From positions 33,914,001 to 33,978,000 of the forward strand of contig NC_043009.1 in NCBI RefSeq assembly GCF_006345805.1: a DNA stretch of 64,000 nt, in the 5' to 3' direction. This document shows positions 27,700 through 40,859 of the stretch, piece by piece (position 1 is the first letter of the stretch; every line of letters begins with the position of its first letter). This DNA is from Octopus sinensis. Its lineage: Eukaryota. The translations under genes were made by a program, and so were the position numbers. The notes below the pieces were generated by a model. The model did not search any database and was not told the origin of the DNA. It saw only the letters and a list, made by a program, of their open reading frames with translations.

Positions 27700-29960
27700 C
27701 TGGAATGGCAATGAAATTAACACAGTATTCTTGGCCCCCGAAACGGCGCACATTCTCTCCTGATGACCCCATAAACTTGCCGGCTTTCGGTATATGGAGC
27801 TTTTGACTGGTAGCACTTGTATGTGCAAGTTGTTTGTAAGATATCTTTGCTCTCTCTAAACAACAAGGAATTATACTCGACACAAGTGAAACAACTCATG
27901 AAGAGGAATAGCAGGAGGGCACAAGTTGAGGTTTTGGCAGCAATTGCACAGAAGACAGTGGTGCATTGCTGTGTGTTGACTAAAACCCAATGCCTAGAAG
28001 CAATGACACATGTCCAGGTGAGAAAAGCCCTGAAAGAAATATTGACAGGTGTAAATCATGTGACCAGGGCATAACAGCTTGGAAGTGTAGAGGTCTTCTT
28101 CAAGAGTGAAACCCTAATTCTGAAGCACTCCATAGCTTCCATATGTAACAGGGAACTCATTCTCTAGCCAGTGTATTTAGTGAGAACCTGTTGTGCTAAA
28201 ATAGAGAGTTCCGCTTAAGTTGGACATCTGGTGGTTGTTGGCCTGTGTTACTTTGGAAGGTAATGGCATCCTCTTAACATCAAATAAATGGAGAAGGAGT
28301 TTTGATCTGGGAACACAGTCAAGATACACCTCTAGATCAAACTGGTGAAGATGGAGAAGATGCCAGATCTTACACACCTGCCAAATGGACTGGAGTTGCA
28401 TGTTGCAGTTGGAAGAAGGCCAAGATACCACTTATGCTATACAGAAGGCCACTTCAGAGCTTTCTTTTTTCAACAAAAATAATAGAGGAGAGGCCTTCAA
28501 CTACTGCTAACACCACAGCCTCAACAACAACAATGTACTGCAGTAACATTAATAATAATGAAGGGAAGAAGAACAATAGCAACAGTAACAACAGCAAGTC
28601 CAGCAACAGCAATAATGACATCTGGAATAAAAGAACCTAAACCCACCACCAAGAAAATTCTCTGACCTAACTACCTCTCTCCATTTTTATTCAAACACAC
28701 TCATGGGCACACACTGAAAACATACCTCTAACTGTTCCTGTACCAATATAGATATATTATCTTGTGAGGAAGAGGGACAACTGAGTAAATCAGATAAAGA
28801 ACCACACAACCATGACAGCATCAATGAAACCATATCAAAACCAAACACAGACAAATCTACAAGTCCACCACCAACACCACCAAAACCCACTTCAACAACA
28901 AGAAAACACACACTGAGGAACAGACTAGTAAATAGAGACACACCAACACAATGACAAAATGGACCCACCTCAAACTTTGTGCTGATAAGAAGTACTAATA
29001 AAAAAAAAAACTGATGTCCTTTGTCACAAGAAAAAGGAAAAGACTGAAACATAAGGAAAGGTCTTCAAGTTCAGCATTATTGAAAATGCTGAACATGGCG
29101 ATATACAAGACATTAAAGGACAATTTTCCTAACAAAATGGGAAGCCCAAGTGCAAGAGAGGAGAGTAGACTCCTAAAATACTACCCAAAAGAATGTCAAA
29201 ATTTCATAGAGACTCCAAGAAAGGAATCAGCTACTTACCTAGTTGGTGGTCTCCAGGATCATCAGTTGGATAAATAACTGTTTCCTTTTCTTCTCTTTAT
29301 CTTTTAACCAAAATGGTGGTTTTGAGAGTGGTGTATATAAATGCATGTAGTCTGGAGTCACCCTGGAAACAAGATGGCCTGCTCAGTGACCTCAGATAGC
29401 TAAATCTGGATGTGATAGCCATCAGAGAGAGCCAGGAATCGTGACAGACTCAGATTAGCAAACCGTTACTGACAATTTTGAGATCTTTGTATCTCTTACT
29501 CAGCTGAGAATGGGGTGTCAGGGTGGCAGTGCTGTTTTGGAAATGCCAGAGCCTTGAGATACGGTCAATCTTCTTAGATCTGGAGTGTAAGTTGGTGGTA
29601 CTAGACATGAACAATAGCAAAGGTGGTATTTTAAACTAGTTGACTTGTATGCCCAGACTGGGTTAAACAGCTGGATTTCTTTAGGTGTCTGGAGCTTTTC
29701 CCGAGAATGTCACATTCTTTAGTAATAGTGGGTGATTTGAATGCCACCTTAGATGCATATCTAAATTATATGGGTCTAGCTGATAGAAGAATGGGGTGGG
29801 TGGGGGCATAGAAGCCACACAAACCAGTCCAGTTGTTTCCAACTAGCTGGACACGGGCAAACAGCATTGGATTATCCAGATCGCATCTAGACATAGTATT
29901 CTGTAGGCCAGCAAATAGGGGTAGCATTGGTAGTTCACAATTCAAAGTGATTGGCTACAC
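27700..29960 (+). mobile_element. 5' part of a decayed Tx1/L1-like LINE: ORF1 with zinc knuckle and APE endonuclease
   Basis: GRRPRYHLCYTEGHFRA (decayed CCHC) at ~28410-28460; LNLDVIAIRE, VAVLFWK, LVVLD, LVIVGDLNATLD (APE motifs) at 29390-29760. Confidence 0.7.
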
Positions 29961-30374
29961 AGATAACAAATTTGACTCTTGATATATTTCAACATTAAGC
30001 ACAAACATGCAGTGTTAGAGTTTCTCCCAATTTATTATTCACCTAGAGGACTGACGGTTTTGTTTATTTATTTATCATTTGAGTGAACAGTCATTAGAGC
30101 ATTGGGGAAAAAATGCCTAACTGCGGTTGTTTGACTCTTTCAGAGTTCAAATCCCACTAAGGTTAATGTTGTCTTTCACCCTTTCAAGGTCAATAAAATA
30201 AGTACCAATTAAGCAATGAGGGTTAATGCAAATGACTTACACCACCCCATAATTGCTGGCCATGTGCCAAAATTTGAAATCATCATCATCATCATCATTA
30301 TCATTATTATCATTATTATCATTATTATCATCATTATCATTATTATCATCATTATCATTATTATTATTATTGAG

Positions 30375-30925
30375 TGAGAGAGCAGTGCATGCCATCAAAG
30401 TGACACTAGGGTAAAATATATGAAGCCCAGTATACCCATCATGACTACCTGTCTGATAAGGAAACACCAGGCACATGCATTACAACCATATGTGCGCGAC
30501 ATAGTGACCTCATATCACGATAAACAACACATAACCTTGCAGGTGAGCCCAGTTAGAAATTTTTTCAGGTTGAGTAGCCCACACTGCTCAAAAGGTTCCT
30601 GAATAGGGGTTGCTTAAGGACAATGGACAAAACACCTATGTTTCCAAAGGTGAATTATCCAAACCCCAAAGAATTCCTCTCAACACATGGTTATGATGCT
30701 CCCCCACTACTTCTGCTTGTAATCAGAGATGCACATATCATCAGCCAATAAGGGACATGCTCAACTGGTTAAAGCCAAGTCACTAACAAGCAAATCTGTG
30801 GTATTGAGCGGAATATTTACTGTAGTCCACCTTTTATACCAAGACAAAACAATGTACATGATAACACTTCCAATCAGTTAAGATCAAAGCCCTGAGGGCC
30901 ACTGCCTGGTACTGCATCAGGGGGT
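30375..30925. repeat. Probable unclassified interspersed repeat between (ATC/ATT)n arrays
   Basis: ~550-bp higher-GC block sharply bounded by microsatellites; no second copy in the window. Confidence 0.35.
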
Positions 30926-30929
30926 TTAC

Positions 30930-30972
<43 letters not shown>

Positions 30973-31529
30973 CTTAACAGTCAGAAGATTAGTATTAAGA
31001 TGGTAGCAGGATACACCACTCCACCCCTACTCCTTATACAAACTGAAAGGGACCCCACTACTGAACGAAAAATAATGCAAAAAACTGCTGCTAGTAAAAA
31101 AAAATTGAATTCTTCAGAAAAAAATTTATACATAACAGTTTCTCTCTCCTTTTCTTTCCTTTCATGCACACACACACTGTCAAATATGGTATTTTAAAGT
31201 TTCCAATTAAATTATTTAGATAAGTGGGTCAGTAAGGGATCTAGTTACACAAGTGCTGGGTGGAGTTCTGTCATTTAGTTCCAAGTCACTTCTGATAGAG
31301 CAAAAATATGACAAAAAAAAAAAAGGCATTCAAGCTATTAATAATATCCCAGGGTATTTCAGATTACATCAACTTGGTTTTAAAGTAGATGAGTGTGATA
31401 TGAGAGGGATTTTTAGTAGGTTGAGTGATGATTTAGAGGCTTTTTTTCAGCAGTGTGAGGCAGTAAATTGGCAAGAGTTTGTCAAAATTATCATCAATTT
31501 TAACAATGCTTTGTGGTATATGTTCTGGT

Positions 31530-32045
31530 CTTTGTTATTTCTCTGAAACCAATCCTGGTGCTGCCTACTTGAATGGCCAAATATGCCAGCTGCAGAGTCA
31601 TACAGTCTCTTTTAGATGAGTCCAGTTGTTCTCTGTGTCATCACCATTAAAGAATGTTTTGCTTAGTCTTTCAAAAATGGCTTCATAAAAGAATTTTTTT
31701 TCAAATGCCGATCATTTGAAATTCTTCATCCTCATCTCTCTTGGTGGTGGCATATTCTGCTTCTAAATTTTAATGAACAATGAGTCTATGATGAGTGCTG
31801 CAGTCAGCTCCACACATAAATCTTGCTAATCACACATCATTGTGATTGTCGGTTCTCACAACTATCTGGCCCAGAATAAGCCAGTGATTGGAATAAGGAT
31901 GCACCCAAGACATCCTGCAGCTTAGTGCTGGAAGCTTGTGTTGGTTATGAATTAGTAAGCACTACTAATAGCAAGTTATCTGCTGCATGGTTGAGTCATC
32001 AATAACAGAACTTGGAATCCCACCAAGTTTACTCGATGAGGATGG
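31530..32045 (-). mobile_element. RTE-type APE endonuclease fragment
   Basis: SWVHPYSNHWLILGQIVVRTDNHNDV*LARFMCGADCSTHHRLI resembles TWMHPRSKHWHLIDY...RGADCWTDHRL. Confidence 0.72.
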
Positions 32046-32401
32046 TAATTTTAGACATTATGCAGGATAATGAAAAGAGCAAAGGGAAGACGATCTGGTG
32101 GGTGGGAGAGTCAATGGTGGGTGGGAGAGTCTAATAGTATGCACAGATGCACATTAAATATGTATGTGTGGAGGAAGTGGGGGTTGTAGTATGTTTTCAT
32201 TTATTCATATGAAGCAAGGAAGAAATAAGTAACCTTCATCTTAACTTCAAAGTTGGCAGCAGTAGGCCAATAGTAACAACTGGTGCAGATGATAACATAC
32301 TGTCAAGCTAAGCTAGAAGCCATAATACAGAGAAAACATCTAGTGTATTTTTTTTATGGTCTGGACTTACACCAAATCAGATAGTGTTGCAAGTTCATTA
32401 T

Positions 32402-32515
32402 CAGTACAGCAATCTCTCGACTATCATAGGTGTTATGTTCCAAAACCCCTCATAACAGGTGAAAATCCACAAAGTAGAAATAGTATTGTACTGTATATTT
32501 TTTATTATTTTTTTT
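32402..32515 (+). mobile_element. Tigger/pogo-like DNA transposon left end
   Basis: cagtacagcaatctctcgactatcataggtgttatgttccaaaacccctcataacaggtgaaaatccacaaagtag resembles Tigger terminal sequence. Confidence 0.45.
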
Positions 32516-32849
32516 ATAATTTGTATATATTTATTTCATTATAAATGCAAAAATACACCATGGAGGAAGCGGCGTAAGCTTAAATAAATTGCAATAGGCG
32601 AGGGACTTACTGTACTGTAAAAGCTGAAGTACTGCATCAACCAGACCCAGGGCTGCCCCTATAGTTGCTGGTGTCCCAGTCAAGCTGAACATCGGTGTGT
32701 ACAAGCTGACAGTCATGGAAATTTCCTTGTCTTTGTCACACCGACCTTGGTGCCCCCTGGCACATGGTGCCCTGGTCAAATGGTTCAGCATTTTTTAAAA
32801 TCAGTCTTGATAAGCAATCAGTGTGTCCTAATTTCTAAGATAGTATATA

Positions 32850-33600
32850 CTCTATCTTAAAATCATAGTTAAATAATATAGTACCCCAGCATTACAACCT
32901 ATTAGCAGTATGGGTAGGGATTCCTTTCTTTGACCCATTTATAGATAATAACAGACAATGACCAATCTGTAGTCAAAAACTTCTACAAGGTAAAAATCCG
33001 AGAAACTTTTTTAAGGCAAAAATAAACACTAGAGCCTCTTTTTCAATTTGGTTGTAATTTTTCTCTGCTGATATCAGAAAATGTGAGGCATGAACCACTG
33101 CCTTCATGTTACCGTCTTTATATTTATGTAACATTACTGCTCCAATACTGTATTCAGATGTATCTGAAACTACAACAATCTCCGCTGCAGGATCAAAGTG
33201 TGCTAATGACAAATTAGATGTTAATATTTAAAAAAATTTTGTTGAACACTTGATACAATTTTCAGACCAATTGTGCTGTACATCTTTTTTTAATAGATTA
33301 TTTAATGGAACTCTTACCTCATGCATATTTCGAATATAATTTTGGTAATAATTTGCAAGACCCCAAAAAAGCTTGTATGGTTGCTATATTTGTCAGAGGG
33401 GGTATTTTTAATTGTGTCTGCCCTCGAAAGATCTGGTCAACATCCATTTCTGTCAATGGTTTGTCTTATTTTTGGTAAGAATAATTCAGACTTTTCTTCA
33501 CTCAAAGTAAAGCCGTAATCCCTAGTTTTTTCGAATACCATAAAAACCCATGTAACTTGCGCACCTGTGGAATTTATGCAGGTGATTTTCAGGATGAAAT
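32850..33600 (-). mobile_element. Ty3/gypsy pol fragment (RT end and RNase H-like domain)
   Basis: VFEKTRDYGFTLSEEKSELFLPKIRQTIDRNG; LAHFDP..IVVVSDTSEYSIGAV...HAS...AEKNYNQIEKEAL..FALKKF; LQTD. Confidence 0.85.
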
Positions 33601-34352
33601 TTGTTAAAAGAAACTTCTGCTCATGTAAAATTCGCACACAAAAGTTTTCAGAATTGCCAATATATCCAGGGGAAAAAGGTTTCCAATTTAGTTGTATTTA
33701 GCATAATTTCACTTACTTATGGTTAGATTTTACTAAATTTTCATTAAATAAGAATAATTTCTGTTTAACAGGTAACACATTGAAAGCTATTAAATTATAA
33801 AGTGTTTGTGTTGTTTATAATAAACTTTATTTTACATTTCTTGCCCACAAAAGATTGTGTCTAATCTTTTGCATACTGGAAAAGTTGTTGATAAGATACC
33901 AACAAAAACAAAGCTGATAAATATGCACAGGTGTTGCAAATTAAGTTTAATTACCAATAAACATCAGCTTGGATGACAATTTACTCAACTGACAGAGGAA
34001 GGTGACCGATCAAACTGATAGAGGACAGAGGTAAAGAATATGCACACCACCTGTTTCCAGCGTAACCCTTGTTGTAATGATATGATATCACCAGCACATT
34101 CAGAAAAATCACATCATTATCATTCGACATTGCTCAATGCTACCAATGTACCAGTATCGTCAGTGAATGCGACAAAACACAAAACTAAAGAACAAGAAGG
34201 AAACAGATACACAGTAACAAACTGCAAGAATATACCTACACACACAAACCACAATGGACTACACATGTTTAGCTGGAGGCATGGCTACAAATTTATATAC
34301 AAGATTATTGTTATCATCTTAGAGCAAGTTATAAACAATAGCTGTAACACAT

Positions 34353-34639
34353 TGTGACGTATATTTGCCATTTAAATATGGCTAACCCTTAAGGGTGGAT
34401 GCCACTGTAGTTTGTAGCCCCAGGAGGACACCTCCTCCAGCTGGCACACTTTCTGTGCCCTATCAGTGTTTGCAAAGGGAAGCCATCCTTCCCGTCTTCA
34501 ACTTATGATACACACGGACTCAAGTTTCTGGGTATTGACCCTTCATTGGCGTGTGACAATCACAGTTGTCGATGAAAACTACTACAGTAGCATCCACCCT
34601 TCGGGGTTAGCCATATTTAAATGGCAAATATATGTCACA
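34353..34639. mobile_element. 287-bp MITE with ~58-bp TIRs and TG...CA ends
   Basis: tgtgacgtatatttgccatttaaatatggctaacccttaagggtggatgccactgtagt vs actacagtagcatccacccttcggggttagccatatttaaatggcaaatatatgtcaca; no clean TSD. Confidence 0.85.
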
Positions 34640-34699
34640 TTATTGTTATTATTTCAACTATATAATGTGTCTTGTGCCACGTAAAATGACCAAATTATA

Positions 34700-35190
34700 C
34701 GGTGTTGTATTGCTCAAGAAAAACGACAACAATATGGCAACAATCTTGCATTCTTGAAATGCAGTGGCACACAGACAATGCAACTGAAGCCCTGAAAATA
34801 TTAAAGCAAAACATCATGTACTATTGTGATGATGGGGAAACTACAGAAACAAGGAAAACAGCATTAAAAATATTAAGAAGCATTGGAAATGAAGGACTCA
34901 AACATCTGAATGCATCTAGCTTATCAGATGCTGACAAGAAAAATCCAAATAAACTGTGGGAATTGTTTGAAGCACAAGTCAAGACAAACATCAATTTCAG
35001 AGGATATCACCCTTACACTGATGGAATGTAGACAGCAGCATGATGAGACAATCGATGACTTTGTTACAAGAGCCTAGACAATAGCAAAAAAAATGTAAGT
35101 TTAAAGAGAGAGAGCTTGAACAATGGATCATTATTGAATTATTGATTGGATCAACTCCCACTGAAGCCTTCCAAAAAGAGCTACTGTGAC
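34700..35190 (+). mobile_element. Ty3/gypsy gag fragment
   Basis: KILRSIGNEGLKHLN...KLWELFEAQVKTNINFR...QQHDETIDDFVTRA..AKKCKF...IIELLIGST. Confidence 0.72.
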
Positions 35191-35292
35191 ATAGTGTATG
35201 GCATCCATGTATGTGTGTGCATCTATATCTGTGAATACAACTGTGGTAAATGATTTGGGTATATGATAGAAGGGAATGGTCAGGAAGAATGA

Positions 35293-35324
<32 letters not shown>

Positions 35325-35393
35325 CATGCATGCATGTTTGTGTATATTAAAGTAGGAAAAAAGGATGATCTGCATAGTTTGGGTGTGTGTGTG

Positions 35394-35435
<42 letters not shown>

Positions 35436-35638
35436 AGTAATTGAATGAATTATCTTATTAAGGATAATTCGAAAGATAACCAATACCTGGGTAGCAAATT
35501 CACATCAGAAAGAACACGGTTGAAGCTACGTCCCTAGGGCATAGACTACGTGTCTTCGTGCGGAAATTTGTATGTTTATTTTAAAATTATAAGTATATGA
35601 AAGAATGGAGTTGAACGACTAGTTAACAAATATCCTTT

Positions 35639-35722
35639 ATTCTCGACATATGTTTCGAAGGCTGCATATTCCTAATTCCGAAGGAATAAGGAGTACATTA
35701 TGCAGATTTTCATCAGGAAAAT
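35639..35722 (-). ncRNA. Type I hammerhead ribozyme with intact core
   Basis: attttc-CTGATGA-aaat-CTGCATA...(inner hairpin with cUUCG loop)...TATGCAG-ccttc-GAAA-CATAT-GTC-gagaat; 6-bp stem I (one G-U), palindromic ACATATGT stem III, GUC cleavage triplet. Confidence 0.8.
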
Positions 35723-36299
35723 CAAGGAACTTATGTCGACATCAAAATGCACAAAAAACTTTTAGCTGACCGCTCTCAAGAAGCCCATGGCGATAATGAG
35801 TGTCTCTTTATAATGAGTGACGTCAGAGTGGCTGAATGTAGAAGAATCTAGAAGTTTCTAAAGGTTCAAGAGTTCAAACGAAGTAGGAGGAGGGAGGCAT
35901 AAGAATAGTAAGGTGAGAGAGTGCAGGTCAAAAGAATGGTGGGTTTAAATGATTTCTTTTGTGAATGAGTGCCTGTGTGTGTCTGAATGCGTGATTGTGT
36001 TTGTGGATGGGTAGATGTGCATGTGCATGCATAGAAAGTACTATCAGTATGCTAGGGTTGTTTAGTGGAGTTCACTTGCATACAAAAGTAGTTAACTGAA
36101 TGTTAGTCTGTGTGCACATGTGGTGAGTATTTGTGTATGTGTAAATGTATATGTATACACATGTGCATGCAAGTTTGTGTACACTTGTATACTTAAATGA
36201 TGAAATGGATGATTAGCACAGTGTATGTGTAAGTGTGCATGCATGCGTCACTGAGTACGTGGTGTTAGCTGGATGTCTGTGATTATTTAGGTATGTGTT

Positions 36300-37170
36300 T
36301 GAGTGTGTGTATAGTGTGGGGTAGCTGTTAGAAGTATGTGGGTAATGAGTCGAAGCCCACCAGCATATGAGTCTAAAGAGAAAGATAAATTGTTGTTCTT
36401 TGTGAAGTCCAAAGTTTTCAGATTTGCTGTGCATGGCCAAGTCAAACATTGCAAGATGCTGTGTAGGGAGGTTTGCTGAGCAGAAATTGTAGGAAAAAGG
36501 AGTTTGTTTCCAGAGATGTATTTCATAAGGGCCTGACAAATTGACTGATTAAATGATGACTAGTCTGGCCAATGTACAAGCCCTGCAGACAGTATCTAAT
36601 ACAGTAAATGACACTGGTGAAGGTGCAAAGTGAAGGAATCAGGAATGTGTGTTGTACAGACCCTGAGAGGGAAATGGTGTGCCTGAAGAATGGACAAGTG
36701 TGGGTTTATGTAGGTTTATGGACAAGTGTGGGTTTATGCATGGTTGAAAGAGAAGAAAGATAAATTAGGGAATAGGAGGAAGGGAGATAAGATCAGACTG
36801 TAGGAGTTGAAAGGCACATAGGATCTTTCAGTAAAGAGGCAGGGTAGAAGTGTGGAAAAGAGGACACACTGCTAGTGCGAAGGGGTGAGGTCGGAGAGCT
36901 GGGAAGATGAGGACAGCAATAGAATTCGGGGTACTGAAGCCCTTGAAGTACCTCCTCCATGTAGAAGTCAGTGAGCCATACTACTACAGCTCCATCCATG
37001 ATTTTATGATGTCATCTTGTAAGCGAAGGTTGTGGAGGGCTGAGATTCAAGCCTGGTCCACTGCATTGGTGTACATGTTCTCAAACAAGTCCTGGCTGCT
37101 GAACTGGCCTTATGGCATTGTCCAGTGGGATGGACAACTCCTGATAACTAGCTCTAAATGAGGCAAAATT
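36300..37170 (-). mobile_element. Heavily decayed PLE RT
   Basis: MDGAVVVWLTDFYMEEVLQGLQYPEFY (DKGGAVVVW motif); TNSFSYN...LAM (GVAMG region). Confidence 0.6.
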
Positions 37171-39740
37171 ATGATTTTGTGTAACACAGGTGCTGTTCAA
37201 CGTGATGAAAGCATGTAGTGGGTAAGAGTGGTTGGTATATTGGAGGATTGCTGGTTAGGTTTAAGGCATGAGGGAAAGGAGTTGGGTGGGCAGTGTGTTG
37301 GAGAGGAGTGATCAGAGTCAAGGGACGAGGCAAGTCAAGGATGGAGTGAGATGGGCCGTGAATGAAAGGCAGTGGGATATGATTAGGTGGGGTAGGGGTG
37401 GTGGTGAAGTGGAGCAGGAGATGGAGTTTGCAGGTTTTTAGCATGTGTAAAAAAGTCAAGGAGGTAGTGGGTGAAGCATATCAGGAAGGTAGAGTAAAAA
37501 GAGAGAAGGTGGGCCTGAAGGATTTGGTAATCCAAAGAGCAGAAATGGAAATAGGAGAAATGGATGGTAGCATAGATGAGAAGGTGAGAAGTGTAAGCAA
37601 AGATAAGTTCTGTGAAGAGGTAAGGGTATGGGGTGGCACTGAAGGGGAGGCAGTAACTTAGAAATAAAGAGTAGCAGGCTTGTGTGAAGAGCAGTTGTGA
37701 GTGGTGTATTGAGGGTAACCCAGCAATGAGGCAGGAGGCTGGAGAAGAAGCAAATGAGTAGCAAGTAGAAATTCTTGAGCAAAGAAAGATCAGGCATGGT
37801 GGTAAGTGGAGAAGTTGAGAGGACTGCAGGAGATGGAAGTTAGGAATGGAATGGTGCCATGGAAAGAGAAAGAAGAAAGGTGTAAGTGTAACAGAGCAAC
37901 AATCAAGGATAAAATTAAAATCAGTGTAATATGAGACAGTAATCCAAGGATATCCAAGGCATGAAATAATCCAAGAATTAAGGTACGTTAAAGCATTGGT
38001 TGGATAGACATGAATACCTATATGAGCATATAAAAATACCAAGAAATAGCAAAAACCCAAGGGATGTTCACAGTTGATATTTTTAGGTTGACACTCAATA
38101 AAAGAAAAAAGTTAAAAAGTGAAAATTATGCATATGGGTCAGATTCACGTTTGACCTCTGACTAATCAGAAGTGTGAGAAATATTGGTGGTTGATATGGT
38201 GTAAAAAAGTGATACAAGAGTGTCTGTTGGTATGTGTGTACAAGAGTGCCTGTTGGTATGTGTGTACAAGAGTGCCTGTTGGTATGTGTAGGCGTGCATG
38301 CACATGCGTGGGAGTATATGTGTATGCAGTATATATATGCACATATACATATTCACGTCTCTGTGAATATCTGTGTGTGTGTGTGTGTGTGTGCATGTTT
38401 AGGAAACACGAACAGTATGTGTTTGTGTCTGCATGACTGCTTAGTAGATGAGATTAGCAGCATTTGTGCATGTCTCTGCATGTGTGTCAGTGCTTGGCTA
38501 GTGAGCTTGGCAACATGTTTGTGTGTCTGTTTGTGCTTGTGTGTGTGTGTGTGTGTGGTGTGTGTGTGTGTGTGTGTGTGCATGAGAGTGTGTGTATGTA
38601 TGTGTATATGTGTGTGTTAGGGTAGTATAGTTTAACATATTAATACATTTCAATAATTCATGATTTTCTCGCTTAACTTTTCCAAGAGATTGTGCACGTG
38701 TGTGTGTATATGTGTGTGTGTCTGTGTGTGTAATTGTCCATACACATCGTTTTAAGTAAAACACCATCTTTCTTATATATAATCTTAAGAATATACAGGC
38801 TGATATGTTGCTTGGCACCAGATTTCAAAAATTCTCGTTAAGTTCTTAGGTTAACGGGCTGATCTAATTGATAAAAAGTTTAACCTTCTAGCATTTAAAC
38901 AGGCCATATCTAACCAAAATATTCTACTTGTTTTAGGTAGAAACTGGCCAAATTTTGACCTATCACACCTACCCTAAAATGTCATTCTAAAAATATACAA
39001 TTGCATCATTGAAATCTCAAAGCTACAAGATAATACATGATTAATTAAAAACAATGTGAAGAAATAAGCATTACATTTGACAGAGTAACCTAAATGCTAA
39101 CAAGTTAATTCTAGTCTACTGATAATAACTTCCCTCGTAGCCATTAACTCCTGCTTAGATAAAGAACTAAAATATCAAACCACTCTCCTTTCAAGGAATA
39201 CATAAATTAATTTGACTGGTTGTGAAATCAAGAGGTTTGATTAGTGGCTGACCTAAATATATCAACTCAATGTTGAATTTTTCTTACTTGGTAAGCTTTA
39301 CTATAACATTTGGCAATGTATCACCTGGAAAATATTTTACTCATGTTCTGAATAGATATTCTAAAGAAACATGAGTAGTGGTATCCTGAAATATGCTTTT
39401 ATTTCAGTCTAGTTTTAATATATATATAAATTAGCATACCCACATCATCAAAAATGATGACAATTTTATTTATGATACAAAATGGTGCATCAGCACAATG
39501 ACAGAAACCATTCATAAATGTCAGCACTCTAGTAAATATATAAACATATACAGAATTGATGAACTTGAAGAATTAGATACAGTTGTAACGATTTAGTTGA
39601 AAATATCATCCAAATGATACATGTGTGTGTGTGTGTATGATACATACAGAGGTGTCTTCAGTTTCCATCTACCACATCTACTCACAAGGCATTGGTTGGC
39701 CCTACAAGACTCTTCCTCTCTCTCTCTCTCTCTCTCCCCC

Positions 39741-39814
<74 letters not shown>

Positions 39815-39999
39815 ATATATATACACTTTACTCTTTTACTTGATTCTGTCATTTTGACTGCGGCCATGCTGGAGCACCACCTTTAGTCAAGCAAATCGAC
39901 CCTGGGAATTATTCTTTGTAAGCCCAGTACTTATTCTATCGGTTTCTTTTGCCGAACCGCTAAGTGACGGGGACGTTAACACACCAGCAAGTGCAAGGA

Positions 40000-40680
40000 A
40001 TTATCTCCCTTAGACTACTATCCAGAATCCACCCAGTCAGCTTGTAGATCCCAGGATTTCAGTAGGAATCGCCTGAAGTGTAAGCAAGGTCTGAAGATTT
40101 CTGTCCTTAAACTTAATATGTTTCCCAGGTTGAAGAAGTTCTTTAATATCTGTGCCCATTCCGCTATGCACAGCTTGCAATGTTTATTCCTGGTTTTTCT
40201 AGGATCTTCCATGTGGAGTCCCTTTGTTTTTCAGGTGTCACATGTGGCATAACGTCTTTCCAGGATCCTAAACAAGGATTTGTGGTTGGAGAGGCGCTGC
40301 TTGAAGGTGTTTCTGGTATGTCTGATTTTCAAATGCTGCTGTTGGCATTGCAGCTAAGAGAGACTCTTGTGTCTGTTGAATAGGTGTCCATAACCTATGT
40401 GATTGTGTAAAGTGCTTATGAAAGTGCTTGTGAAAAGTAGAAGAGTCCAGTTTGCTGGACATTGTTGTAGAGCTGAAAACGAGGCAATTTCTACTCTTCT
40501 CCTCTGGAAGCCATCTGCTCGCAATACCAGAGGGCGCACACTCTCCTACCCTGATGTAATCTCCAGGGATACAGGCATCCATCAACAGGACCTCCGTAAT
40601 GCTATGATGGACCGTGAAGTCTGGTGTAGCATGGTAAATTCCATTGTCTTGACTACGGTCGAACAATGATGATGATGAAA
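40000..40680. mobile_element. RTE-group LINE 3' end (40400-40680, +, (TGA)n tail) with possible inverted upstream piece (40000-40390, -)
   Basis: RRVQFAGHCCRAENEAISTLLLWKP...GRTLSYPDVISRDTG...AMMDREVW*; minus-strand QAIPTEIL is a weak match to the GPDxIPAEIL region. Confidence 0.65.
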
Positions 40681-40859
40681 GTGCTTATCTCCTAGTGGAA
40701 GGAATATCCTGCCTACACACATTTTTACACTGAGGGAGAAAGGGGCAGACCAAACGATATTTCAACAGCTGCGGCCCAAACATTAAGAGTATTTAGATAA
40801 CATCCAATAGTACTTTTTCATATGAGTGGCTATGGTCTCTACCATACTGTGGGTTCTTA

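Noticed and set aside
37383-38060. 225-aa minus-strand ORF
   Set aside because: Low-complexity pyrimidine-rich strand depleted of stops; no motif; adjoins a decayed PLE.
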